Assembly: GCA_052327205.1 (NCBI GenBank)
Contig: CM126221.1
Span: 43,090,001 to 43,154,000 of the forward strand
Origin: Somniosus microcephalus
Lineage: Eukaryota
Length of the DNA stretch: 64,000 nucleotides
Direction: 5' to 3'
The notes beneath the pieces are model-generated. The model saw nothing but the letters and a program-made list of their open reading frames with translations, did no database searches and was not told the origin of the DNA. Made by a program: the position numbers and the translations under genes. Shown piece by piece: positions 26,708-38,814 of the stretch (position 1 is the stretch's first letter; each line of letters starts with the position of its first letter).

Positions 26708-27175
26708 TTAGGAACAGGAGTTAACCATTTGGCCCCTCGAGCATGTTCCACCATTCAATTAGTTCATCTGTACCTCAACTCCATTTACCCGCCTTTTCTC
26801 CATTTCCCTTGATACCCTTACCCAACAAAAATCTGTCGATCTCGGTCTTGAAAATTTCAATTGACCTGGCATCCATAGCCTTTTGGAGGAGAAAATTCCA
26901 GATTTCCACCACCATTTGTGTGGAAAAAGTGCTTCCTGATTTCACTCCTGAATGACCTAGCTCTAATTTTAAGATTATGCCCCCTTGTTCATGATTTCCC
27001 CAGCAGACAAAATAGTTTCTCTGTATCTACCCCATCAAATCCCTTTTTATCATTTTAAGGATCGCGATCAGATCACACTTCGACCTTTTAAAATCCGGGG
27101 AATACAAGCCAAGTTTATGCAACCTGTTCTCATAATTTAACCCTCCAAGCCTAAGTACCTTTCTGGTGAATCTGC
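26708..27175 (-). mobile_element. CR1 LINE 3' end
   Basis: ggaacaggagt..ccatttggcccctcgagc tail and reverse RARSFRSE/VVEIWN-like coding remnant. Confidence 0.8.
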
Positions 27176-27787
27176 TCATTCAATTTGGGTGAGACCAACA
27201 GATTTGCCAATTGGAGGAAACTCGAGTATGGTAGCATTTGAAATTGCATGGCTGACCCCCCAAATCCTAAGTTCAATTTTAAAGTTGTTTATATTGTGCT
27301 TTATTAATACCCCTGGCCGTCCTCTACCCACCCTCTGGTGAAGTAGTTCTGTAGCGTTACTGAATGGATGTACTGTAATACATTTTCCAAGTGCTAGTAT
27401 CTCATACAACTAGCTAGAGATTCAGTGTATTGTTTAAATTTAAACTATTGACCACAAACTCAATTTTCAGTTTGTGACATCAGAGGCCAATAGATAAATC
27501 TTATTTGTGCTTCTAGTACTGACATAGCATTGTTCCCTCCTTACATTTCATTGAAGACAACTTCAGTGGACTATCTACTGCAATGCAGTTTTTCCAGAGA
27601 CTACAATGACATCATTAACAAGCAGCTTCTCCAGGAGTTATTTCTATATGGGGGAAAAAAGCTCACCCAACCCGATGACAGTGCTCCTTGCAAACAGACC
27701 AGATATGACAATGGTGTTCAGTAACACCCTAAATGTTCAGCTTCACATATTATGTTGTAACACACAATACATTACTCTACAGCTTTG

Positions 27788-28100
27788 AGAAAGAAAAAAC
27801 TTGCATCTATACAACGCCTTTCATAACCTCAGGATATCCCAAAGTGCTTCACAGCCAATCAAGAGCTTTTGAAGTGTAGTCAGTGGTGTAATTTAGACAA
27901 ATGCAGCAGCCAATTTGTACACAGAGAGCTCCTACTAACAACAATGAGATAAATGACCAGATAATCTGTTTGTGCTGTTGGTAGAGGCATAAATGTTTAC
28001 CAGGACATGGGAAAATTGCCTCCTTGCTCCTCTTTAAATTGTGCCATGGGATTTTTTACGTCCACCTGAGAAGTCAGCCTCAATTTAATGCCTCATCTGA
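27788..28100 (-). mobile_element. Deu-domain SINE
   Basis: Reverse complement of the 9664-9960 element (acctcaggatatcccaaagtgc..tttttacgtccacctgag..catctgaaaga). Confidence 0.75.
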
Positions 28101-28272
28101 AAGAACTACATATTGCAGTGCTATCGCACTCGGTAGTAAATTTAATACATTGTGATATCTCTGTGTATGAATGTAAAATTAATATGCGTCTACTAGCAAA
28201 TTTATTGTGTTTCATTAGCTGTGAAGTGCTTTGGGACATCCTGAAGTAGTGAAAGGCTCTGTATAAACGTAA

Positions 28273-28393
28273 TTTCCTTTCCTTTCTTTCCTTTTCTCCT
28301 TCTCCTTTTCTCTTTTTCTCTTTTTCTCTTTCTCTTTTTCTCTTTTTCTCTTTCTCTTTCTCCTTCTCCTTCTCTTTCTTTCTCTTTCTTTCC
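28273..28393. repeat. Pure polypyrimidine (T/C) simple repeat following a SINE tail
   Basis: ~120 bp of tttctc/ttctcc units. Confidence 0.9.
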
Positions 28394-28774
28394 ATTTGCA
28401 TTGTGTTCTGGTAGTGAAATCTGTAATCATTTTGCCTTTGCCATGTTATGAGGGAGCTCATAATAGTTAGAAGGATCTTCAAACTATTAGTGCAGTTTAG
28501 CAAACATGATGTATGACAATTGAGAATGGGACCTTAAAATAGTAGTGCATCATATTGGTGCATGGATACATTGAAGCATGTACCGAGAGAGACTATTTCT
28601 CTCCCACATTACCCAAGTGCTGAGTTTTGATGGTAGAAGTTCTGAGTAAAGGGAAAGTCCTTCCTCAGAAAAAGGAAAATTGTATTCCCAGGGGACCTGT
28701 GCCAGCCTAAAGCTGTTCAAGAGCAGCTATAGCAGAGGCTTGCCTGCTCTCAGAATGAGGCATTGTCCTGGCTC

Positions 28775-30690
28775 ATAGTCATAACAGCAGAGAAGGAGGC
28801 CATTCTACCCATCGAGTCTGTGCTGGCTCTCTGTAGGGCAATCCAGTCGGTCCCATTCCCTCGCTCTATCCCCGTAGCCCTCCATGTTTATTTCCCTCAA
28901 GCGCCTATCCAGTCTCCCCTTGAAAACATTGAGTATCTCCGCTTCCACCACTTTCGTCGGCAGCGAGTTCCAGGCCCTTACCACTCGCTGCGTAAAAAAA
29001 AAGCTTTTCCTCACATCCCCCCTGTATCTCTTGCCCAAAACCTTAAATCTGTGTCCCCTAGTCCTTGTACCATCAACTAGTGGGAACAGCCTTTTCCCGT
29101 CTAGCCTATCAAAACCCGTCATAATCTTGTACACCTCTATCAAATCACCCCTCAACTGCCTTTGCTTTAATGAAAACAAATCCATCTTCTCCAACCTGTT
29201 CTTGTAGCTAAGATCCCCCATCCCCAGAACCATTCTGGCAAATCTCCGCTGCACCCTCTCAAGGGCCTCTCATCCTTCCTAAAGTGTGGTGACCAGAACT
29301 GGACACAATACTCCAGTTGTGGCCTAAGCAGCACTTTATGAAGCTTCAGCATAACTTCTCTACTTTTGTACTCAATACCTCTATTTATGAAACCCAAGAT
29401 CCCATATGCTTTGCTAACCACTCTCTCAATATGTCCTGTCACCTTCAGGGACCTATGCACATTAACTCCCAGGTCCCTCTGTCCCTGCACATTCTTTAAA
29501 ACTGTGCCATTAAGTGTATATTGCCTCTCCCTGTTCCTTCTGCCAAAATGCATCACCTCACACTTCTCTGTATTAAATTCCATCTGCCACTTGTCTGCCC
29601 ATTCTGCTAGCCTTTCTATGTCCTGTTGCAGTCGATTGGTATCATCCTCACTTTGCCACACCCCCCAAGTTTGGTGTCATCGGCAAATTTAGAAATTCTA
29701 CTTTGTATTCCAATATCCAGGTCATTTATTTATATATATATCAAAAAAGCAGTGGCCCCAACACTGACCCTTGGGGAACACCACTGTCTTCCATCCTCCA
29801 GTCTGAAAAACAGCCATTTACCACAACTTGCTGTTTTCTGTCCTTATCCAAGCTGCCACTGACCCACCTATTCCATGAGCCTCAATTTTGTTAACCAGCC
29901 TTCCATGTGGTACTTTGTCTAATGGCTTCCTAAAATCCATGTAGACAACATCCATTGCATTCCCTTCATCGATTTTCCCTGTTACTTCATCAAAAAATTC
30001 AATTAGATTAGTCAAACATGATCTGCCTTTTACAAATCTCTGTTGGCTCTCCTTAATTAGCTTAAACCTCTCCAAGTGCCCGTTAATTTTTTCCTTGATT
30101 ATTGTTTCTAAAACTACCTACCACTGATGTTAAACTGACTGGCCTGTAGTTACTAGGATTGTCCTTACACCCTTTCTTGAACAATGTTGTCACATTTGCC
30201 TCTTTCCAATCCTCGGGCACCTCCCTCGCACCTAGGGAATTTTGGAAAATTATGGCAAACCCTTCTGCTATCTCCTCCCCCAATTCCCTTAACAATCTGG
30301 GATGCAAGCCATCTGGACCAGGCGATTTATCCACTGTCAGCATACCCAGCCTTTCTAGTACATCCTATCTATCAATTTTCACCCTTTTCATTGCTTCTAC
30401 CTTTTCCACTGCTACCTATATTTCGTCAGCATCCACCAACTTAGTAAACACCGATACAAAGTACTCATTGAGTATTCTAGCCTTGCCCTTCGCCTCTAAG
30501 CATATATCACCACCTTTGTTGCTAATAGCCCCCCCCCCCCCGCCTCTTACTACCCGCTTACTGTTTACATGCTGGTAGAAGATTTTTGGTTTCCCTTTTA
30601 TGTTAACCGCCATTCTACGGTCATATTCTCTCTTTGCCAATCTTATTTTCATCATCTCTTCTCTTCTCAACTTATTGTCTTTGGTCTGGT
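28775..30690 (-). mobile_element. 5'-truncated CR1 LINE ORF2 (RT) with 3' tail
   Basis: ORFs with DKSPGPDGLHPR, NYRPVSLTSVVG, VVYMDFRK, LEYCVQFWSP and RGDLIEVYK. Confidence 0.9.
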
Positions 30691-30980
30691 TCTCCCTTGA
30701 AGGATTCACCTGACATGCATCATATACCCTCAGGACCCAACAAGGATCATAAGCTGGTATCCATAGTAAGGAAATCCATACATTATAGATTAACAAAGTA
30801 TAATGCAAATGTCTGTTGAGAATAAAATTTGCTGGTAGATTTTATTTACACACTAGCAATCTCTGCTAGGACAAGTTAATTTCAAGCCTTTATTTGTGTG
30901 CAATTTTTGTGCTTTTCTTTTCCTTATTTGCTCTTGCTTTGGTTCTGCCATTCTCTGTCTTTTTGTCCCGTGCTTGATAG

Positions 30981-31016
30981 CAAAAGGAACAGTCTGTGCT
31001 GAAGAACTTGCGCTTG
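30981..31016 (+). CDS. MACF1: Alternative 36-nt cassette microexon in CH1, QKEQSVLKNLRL (equivalent of plectin exon 3alpha); extendable in frame to 31076
   Basis: About 80-nt pyrimidine-rich tract ending tgcttgatag|, donor TTG|gtgagg, frame-preserving phase 0/0. Position and length match the 12-aa insert recalled from plectin (PRERDVIRSVRL) and dystonin (PRERDFLKTLRL). Confidence 0.8.
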
Positions 31017-34000
31017 GTGAGGCTGCCACCCTGTGTTTCTGAACACAGTCAGGAAGAGGGGGATGATATTGAGGGGGTAGGTGCCACTTCCCCCAATGGC
31101 GGTGCAATAATTACTGTATCACTACTAGATAATCCACTCTGTTATTAAATGAGAGAGTACCTCAACTATATGGGGTTTAAAAAAAAGATTGGTATAGTGT
31201 TGAAATAGACCTTTTTTGTTGTGCACAATATATTTACATGCTTTGTTTTATGTTTTATTGTGAATGTTTTACCTCTGTTTTGCCCCATTTTTCCTGGCTT
31301 CCATTCACCAGTGCCTCCTTCAGCAGCTGGAAAAACTGGATCATTTGCGCTGTAGGTAAAAAGTATACTTTGTGGGGAAAGATTGGCATATGCCAGTTTT
31401 TTCCAGTGAGATGGCAATCTCTGCCCCTGCAGACATGTCACCAGTCGTCTAAATAAGACAGACAGACAGAACTCCATTCTGGAGCGTAGCCATGTTGGAA
31501 TTGGTGTTAAGGGATTTGAATCCAGACTGTCTTAAACTGTCCCTCTAATAACAGAGCTGCAGGGACTTATTACACTTTTATTAATATTTTATATTTGGAA
31601 TTTGATATGGGAGTGCCATGTACAGTATAATGTCTTGGCTATATTATTGCATATTGTACTGGCATAGTGCCATGTTGTGCTGTCCAGCCAATTGCAAAGA
31701 CCATTAAGATGGCCATTGATGATTAATTTTTTTAAATAGCAGTAAACTTGGAACGATCCCAAAGCAGATGATTTGTGCTGCTGGGCCTGGAGGAAAAGAC
31801 ATGATACACAATGTCGCAAAGCTTTCATATATTGTATTTGGTATTGAAAAGAGCTTGAAATTGATATTGAGTCAGCTGTATAAATATGTGATACTCAGTG
31901 GATTATCTCTTTTGATACAGTATCTTGCTTGTGGCATTAATATGAACAAAAACAACATAACTAATTATAATCTTTCCTTCATTTTGTTCCTTCATTTATT
32001 ATAGTTTGGGGCATTTTGGGTTAATTTACCCAGTTTTTCATTAATACATATATAGTTTATAATTTTAAATACTGTCTGGGCTAAACAACATGGGCTCTGT
32101 CTAGACATCAGATGGAGTCGATTTTGGTACCTTGTCTAGAGATTCTATCTGAGTTTGGGTGGGAGGAGTCGGGCACAAAACTGAATGATATAGTAATGCA
32201 CTCACTGGATAAAATAATTGCCTGCAATGAAAAGCCCAAATAAGGCTGCACTGTGACTATGTAGTACTTCCTTTAAAAAAAAATACAGTTCCTGATCACA
32301 TTCTTTCCATCATATTTACTGTAACCCAGACAGCTCTAATCAGTGGAAGACCTGCTGAGATGTGTACAGTATATTTCACTAACAATGAAAGGAACAACAA
32401 TAACAGGAAAAGTTTTTTTTTGTGTGTTTGCCTGCTGCCTGAGATTGTGGCAGTCGTTTCCTTTACCCTAATAGATTAACCCAGATGATTTTTCAAGTGT
32501 TTGCTGTGAGACCTGGACTAATGCTGCACATCTTGAAAATTGTTCACCTCTTGGATACTTGCTTGCTAATAAAAGTAAAGTCTTTTTGCAAGAGTAAAAT
32601 GGTGGGGGAGCATGCAAGAAATGTTTCTAGTGTGTGATATAAAATATAATTTCTTTTGCTGTTCCATGACTTCTTTTGCAGCATATGTTTTACATGTAAA
32701 ATGGCAAAGACGGTGAATATAGGCCACTCATAATTCTATTGAAAAAAATTCTTAGCCTTACTATTCCTGATATATCATGGAGTTTGCAACGAATGGATTG
32801 GTAGTCTGTATACTTTTTCATAACAATGGAAAGGTAACTCTTGGCTCTACCTGGTAGTGCAATTTTTGGCCTACCAGACTCCTGGTGTCCAGTGCAACCT
32901 AATTACACTGGAATTATTTTACAACTTTTGCTGTCCATAGAGATTCTTTGATCAGACTGAAACCTGTAAACTTTGTCCTCTCAGCACTGAACTAGCCCCG
33001 AAGACCTATAAGTGGTCAGGCTTGCAGTGGTTGAATTTGCCTTGGTCAGAACGGGCTTGATGCCAGAACTTGCCGGCCGGTAGCCCTCTTTTTTTTCCTT
33101 TGTAACTACTTAAACCAGCTGATTCAAATTTATCACGTTGCATGGAGCTGTCCCATCATTCAGCATGGCTCCCTGGAGTATGGAATTAGAATCATCTAAC
33201 TGGCTGCAATGGAGAAGTGGGCCAGTGCCAGTAAGTTCTGGGACGTGAAACAGAAATGCTCATGCTGACTTCATTGTATGGGATGTTTCAACAACTGTGA
33301 ATGTGGTGAGTCCTATCATTGGGTATCGAGCAGGTAGGGGGAGGCTGGCTGAGCATCAGTAATCCAGGGGAAAGAGGTAGACATAGCACCAGGAATCAAA
33401 CAGACAGGAGAGACAACATTGCTACAATGATATTTCACTCTAGTTAAAGTGTATACTCAGTGTGGCTGTGGGAGTCTTTCTAAATCCTTGGTATGCTCCT
33501 GGTGTGTACAGTTTTTACCCTTTTCTCAAATATAGCTTTGATATACCTTGCCCAGTTCTGGATTGACCAAGCATTTATGTCTGGTCAAAGAAACAGCGGC
33601 AGTTATGAAGCTCTGTTAGCTCTTTTGTTTCCTCTTTCCTTTCCTCTTTCATGTCAAACACTACAGTTCCTTTCAACAGCGTTAAATTCTTTATAAAGCC
33701 CAACTCCATTAAGATTCAGTCAGTCCACAGAGTTTAAATAACTTAATGTATTTCTTATCATCTGCCAGACTTTTGGATGACACAGGCCAAGAGTGAAACC
33801 TTGGCAAGGACTTTGCAGCCTGCTGTCCCTGGCTGTATGATTGCTGCCTAGGTAGACCAATTTCTAGACAGATGAACTTAAGTAAATCTCTGCCCCCTCA
33901 TTGAGCAGGCAAAAAGCATGAGCTTACTTATCATGACCGAGGTATGGTTTTGATCTGCAATTGTGGCACATCAGGCACCCCTGATGTGTTGCTAATAAGT

Positions 34001-35670
34001 TCATAGGATAATGCAACTCGTGGAGCTTAGATTGAGCTGCAAGGTCAGGATGCTGAAACTCTGGCAGTTCTGCTCAACTCGCACCATCCGGGCTCCTTTG
34101 GATAGCCATTTGTGGGTGACTTGTTGCTGCTCCTCACATCTCGAGCTTGGAGTGACTGCAGCATATCCCTGGGCTGGACTTGTTCAGTTGGTGAAGCCTC
34201 TGCGAGCAGGAGAGAGAAGAAAGTGGCCTTGCAGATGGATTACCATGGCTACTCCTAGCCCACCTGGTCACACAGCTTTCATGAGAGAAACCACAAGATG
34301 GGTAATAAGGAAAGGAGGAGGTAGAACAAAAACCGTCAAGTGCAATTGTTTTGCATCTTTCATTTTGCAATTTTCACAATTCCTTTTTGTTTTTATTTTG
34401 AAAATTATTTTCTCCTCTTTCTTTTAAGCATTTCCCACTCTTGTTAAATGACACTACACTTCCACAAGAGTGACCAAGTGACCTGTTCCTAGGCCTGCAT
34501 AGATATGTATCTGACTGAGATCACAAACTCTCCAAGTGGGGAATTACAGCACAAACTTGCATTCGACCCACTCCTCTGCAGTAACATAGCAAAGTGCTGC
34601 ACTGTGGTACTGGGATGACCCACTGAGCATGTTTAACTAAAGAGTATTTTATCTTTTCTAAAATCTGAGAGTTCTCCATATCTGCTCATTGTATGTGTAA
34701 GGAGGAAATAAAAGGTTGAGTATCATATGACAGTGTGTCTGATTCAGCATTGTTGACGGGCAGAAAGTGAAGCCGTGTCAGTTACTAGTGTCATCCATTC
34801 TGGCAATGAGAGATTTATACTTAAGAGAATCGATAAGCCGTGTCATTATTAACTGTTTCCCAGTCGGCTTTATATTACTGTCATGTAGCAGTACGGATTG
34901 TATTTGAGATTTGAACTCTAAATGCACTTTGAAGATATTTAATTTCCTCCTTACACTGCCTAAGTACTTAATAGGCTGAAAAATGACATGTACTTCTCAG
35001 CTTTAATGACTTAAGAAACCATAAACAGTTTTATTTGTAAATTCATTGACACGGAACTTCCAGCATCCTAAACTTATTGTTTGGCAGGGCTTGAGATTAG
35101 TTGGTCGGGAGTGCGGCTGAAGGCTTTGGCCTGGAAAAGCAGCAGGGCCTTGGGATGAGAGGAAGCCATGAGTGAATTGGAAGGTAGTCTGGGAATGAGG
35201 AGGGAGGCAACAGTGACTCAGCTGGGCTCTAGGTAGAACAGGCTTTCCACAGTGTTGATGACTAGATGTGAGGCAGAATTAGAGTAGGATGTGGAGAGAA
35301 GTGAAGATTTCCTTTGCATCGTATTATAGTCAAAATAACACTACTGCAGTGTGTGCAGCATAAAGGAATTGAATTGTTCCCACCCCCATCCTTTTTAAAA
35401 AATACTTTAGGTTAAATTTGTTGAGATATTTTGGGTGAGCAAAAGACTTAAACATTGTGACCTATTTTGTAATGCTGCCTTCTGTACATAATGACAGATG
35501 TCACAAAACAGTTTCTCTCACTGTTCTGAAACATGAGCGGAGAAGTCCATAAATCTGACAAAAAGGAGGGGAATATTCTACTTTGTATCAATCAGATCTG
35601 CAGTAAATCTGCAGTTTATATTAAAGATTAGAGCAACACTAACTAATCTCCTTTCTTGTGTTTTTTTTAG

Positions 35671-35748
35671 CCTCGTGAGAAAGGCCGCATGCGCTTCCAC
35701 AGGTTACAGAATGTACAGATTGCACTTGATTACTTAAAGCAACGACAG
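35671..35748 (+). CDS. MACF1: Spectraplakin CH1 exon, [26 protein letters not shown] (78 nt, phase 0/0)
   Basis: Branch-point-like actaat, pyrimidine tract, ttttttttag| acceptor and CAG|gtaggt donor. Canonical plakin actin-binding-domain sequence; KQRQ is MACF1-like. Confidence 0.95.
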
Positions 35749-37432
35749 GTAGGTAAATCGGTACAATAGCCTAGTGGCTATGGTATTAGACTATTGACCT
35801 AGAGGTTGTGCATTCAAATCCCACTGTAGCGAGCCGTGAAATTGAATTTATAAATTTATGAGCTAAGATTTTTCCCCCCCCTTCCCCTGCAACCTCTATC
35901 AGAGTAGGACAAGACCAGCAATGTCTTGAATGCCACCACCTCCAAGTTTCCCTTTGTCACATACCATCCTGACTTACATATTGCTGTTCCTTCATTGTCA
36001 CTGGGCCATATCCTGCAATTCCTTATCTAGCACCACTGTGGGAGCACTGTCACTCGAAGGATTCAAGGAGAAGGCTCACCACCACCATCTAGGAATGGGC
36101 AGTAAATGCAGCTTTGTCCACATCTCGAGAAGAAATAAAAAGAAATGGACAAACTTCATTTTCTGTATTACACATTGCTTTCACCTTACCCACTTTAGCT
36201 GTTCGATTTTAAAGTGGATTAGACACAACTTGAACTGTGCAGGGTTGGTTAATTAGATAAATTGTTTCGTGCAGGGTTCCCACGGTGGCTTGATGGGCTG
36301 TTGCATCACCCAGTTTGGTACTAAGCCATGCAAACCCAGGGAGGTGCTAAGATCAACCGTTAGTCTACATTCTACATTTACACCTCAGCGAAGGCAATGG
36401 TTGGAGCACGAGAATTGGTTTCAGTGTCTCTGCGTTCGGGAAGAAAAATATCAGTGAATGCTGCTGGAAAATCTGTGCGTGTGGCCATCACTTCACTTCA
36501 GGCTTGGGTCTGATGCCACCCAAGCTAAACAACTCGCTGACACTCAACAAGTCGCATTATATTGACATGCCACAGGGATGCAGCTGCCTGTAAAATCATA
36601 CCTCGCCTTTGAAGAGGAGGAAAGAAAATTGGACGTGCTATTTTAATAGACTTTCAGCTCAAATAGTAAATACAAAAAGATCATTTAATATACACTAAAT
36701 TTCCAACAGTTGGATATAAACAGTAAGTTAATCATTTACTGTAGTAATCAGATGGGAGGAAGTCCACCCCTATCCTTTGAAATAACTCAGCTGTACAGTT
36801 GTGCCACAATATATATTTGCAGACTTTCAACTGAATTAACATCTATTAATACATTCAATTGTATGCACATGCCTAGGAGTTATTAAGTTATATAAAAGTA
36901 CAATGTAGACAATCATTTGACTGGCTAACAACCTACTGCAGTGATTTTATGTCAACGAAAATTCAAGAATAATGCCATATAAAAGTGTCCATTATGGCTT
37001 GAGTGGAACTGTCATTATCACTTTACTCGGTCACAATTCAAATTTGTGCAGTTGGAAGAATCAAATACCAAACTTGTTGATTGCCAAGACAATTTTTTTT
37101 AAAGTCCCAAAACCACCTAAATGATCAGTAAAGCTCTGGCTGTGGAAGTTCTGGTTTCTGTATTTACTTGAACTTGTGCATATTTGACACACGTAATTTG
37201 TCACATATTTATTCCTAATGCACCAATTACAGGGGTTCTTGCTTATTTAGCAGAGAAAGGATTTGAGTTTTAAGCATTTGGCAATAAAATCTTCTTTCTC
37301 CAGAACACTTCATCTGTGGGATTTATTATATTAAATTGTGTATTAAGTGGAGTATAATTCCTCAAATATCCAGTAAAGAAAGGTGAATCTGTGTGATACA
37401 CTGAAGTACTGATTGTAGTTTTACTCTTTCAG

Positions 37433-37525
37433 GTGAAATTAGTCAATATTAGAAATGACGACATTACTGATGGGAATCCTAAACTAACACTTGGGTTAAT
37501 TTGGACCATAATTCTACATTTCCAG
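37433..37525 (+). CDS. MACF1: Last CH1 exon, [31 protein letters not shown] (93 nt, phase 0/0)
   Basis: ttactctttcag| acceptor and CAG|gtaagg donor. Matches the conserved CH1 C-terminal helix of MACF1/DST. Confidence 0.95.
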
Positions 37526-37939
37526 GTAAGGGTGTACCATTGATTTGTTTGGCTTGTGGATTGTTTAGTTTTATATATTGTAAACCTCTGTGTATTTTAA
37601 CAACAAATGATGTAATGCAATGGCAGTAAATATGATATTGAACTATAAAATGTATTGAAGCAACCCAGTCTACAAATTCAATCATTTGTAGACTCAAAAA
37701 AAAAAAAAGTGAAATATTTGTCAAAACTTAATTTCTTCGTACTTGCCATTTTCTGTAAAATGTAGTGGAAGCTCTGGCCAACCCATAGATGTGTGTGTGT
37801 TCACCCAGCTGGAGCAATCAATTACCCAACTTGTTGAACTACCAGACAATGTTGACCTGTGGGATTTATTATATATGTGTGTGCAAATAAGAAGAAACTA
37901 GATGCTGTGCCAAAGAAGCATAGGTTAGCAGAAGTGACC

Positions 37940-38809
37940 AAACACTTGGTTGAGCAAACATGTTCTCCAATTAAATACTGGGAAGACTGAAGCCATTGTT
38001 TTCGGTCCCTGCCACAAACTCTGTTCCCTAGCCACTGACTCCATCCCTCTCCCTAACATCTGTTTGAGGCTGAACCACATTGTTCGCAACCTTGGTGTCA
38101 TATTTGACCCTGAAATGAGCTTCTGACCACATATCCACAGCATAACAAAGACCGCCTGCTTCCACCTCTAACATCGCCCGTCTCCTTCCTTCCTTCAGCT
38201 CATCCGCTGCTGAAACCCTCATCTATGCCTTTGTTACCTCTAGATTTGACACTTCCAACGCACTCCTGGCTGGCCTCCACATTCCACTCTGTAAACTTGA
38301 GGTCATCCAAAACTCAGCTGCCCGTGTCCTAACTCGCACCAAGTCCCATTCGCCCATCACCCCTGTGCTCGCTCACCTACATTGGCTCCTGGTTAGACAA
38401 CACCTCGATTTCAAAATTCTCATCCTTGTTTTCAAATCGGTCCATGGCCTCGGCCCTTCTCTGTAATCTCCTTCAGCCCTACAACCTCCCGAGATCTCTG
38501 CGCTCCTCTAATTCTGCCCTCTTGAGCATCCCTGATTATAATCGCTCAACCTTTGCTGGCCGTGCCTTCTGTTGCCTAGGCCCTAAGCTCTGGAATTCCC
38601 TGCCTAAACCTGTCCGTCTCGCTACCTCTCTTTCCTCCTTTAAGACGCTCCATAAAACCTACCTCTTTGACCAAGCTTTTGGTCATCTGCCCTAGTTTAT
38701 CCTTCTGTGGATTGATGTCAATTTTTTTTGTCTTAAAATACTCCTGTGCAGTGCCTTGGGACGTTTTACTACATTAAAAGACGCTATATAAATACAAGTT
38801 GTTGTTGTT
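37940..38809 (+). mobile_element. L2 LINE 3' end
   Basis: LNTGKTEAI, HITPVLAHLHWL, GRAF..GPKLWNSLP and SFKT..KTYLF motifs; tail acgctatataaatacaagttgttgttgtt. Confidence 0.85.
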
Positions 38810-38814
38810 AAAGA

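Noticed and set aside
28093-28503. Lys/Glu/Arg-rich ORFs
   Set aside because: Translation of the purine strand of a simple repeat.
31312-31355. Possible second microexon (QLEKLDHLR..) 250 bp after the cassette exon
   Set aside because: All acceptor/donor combinations give 25, 28, 29, 32, 40 or 44 nt, none frame-preserving, and there is no homology support.
32996-33034. ag|CCC CGA.. start resembling a 'PR..' plakin insert
   Set aside because: It hits TGA after 12 codons without a good in-frame donor, and the acceptor context is weak.
25879-37525. Assigning the gene to dystonin (DST) or plectin (PLEC)
   Set aside because: DYL and TL are DST-like, but VRKHIND, KQRQ and especially the MGNSLGCV..KKIRFKR first exon fit MACF1. 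Plectin has AQRHISD, HKLQ and DIADG as I recall. Synteny would settle it.
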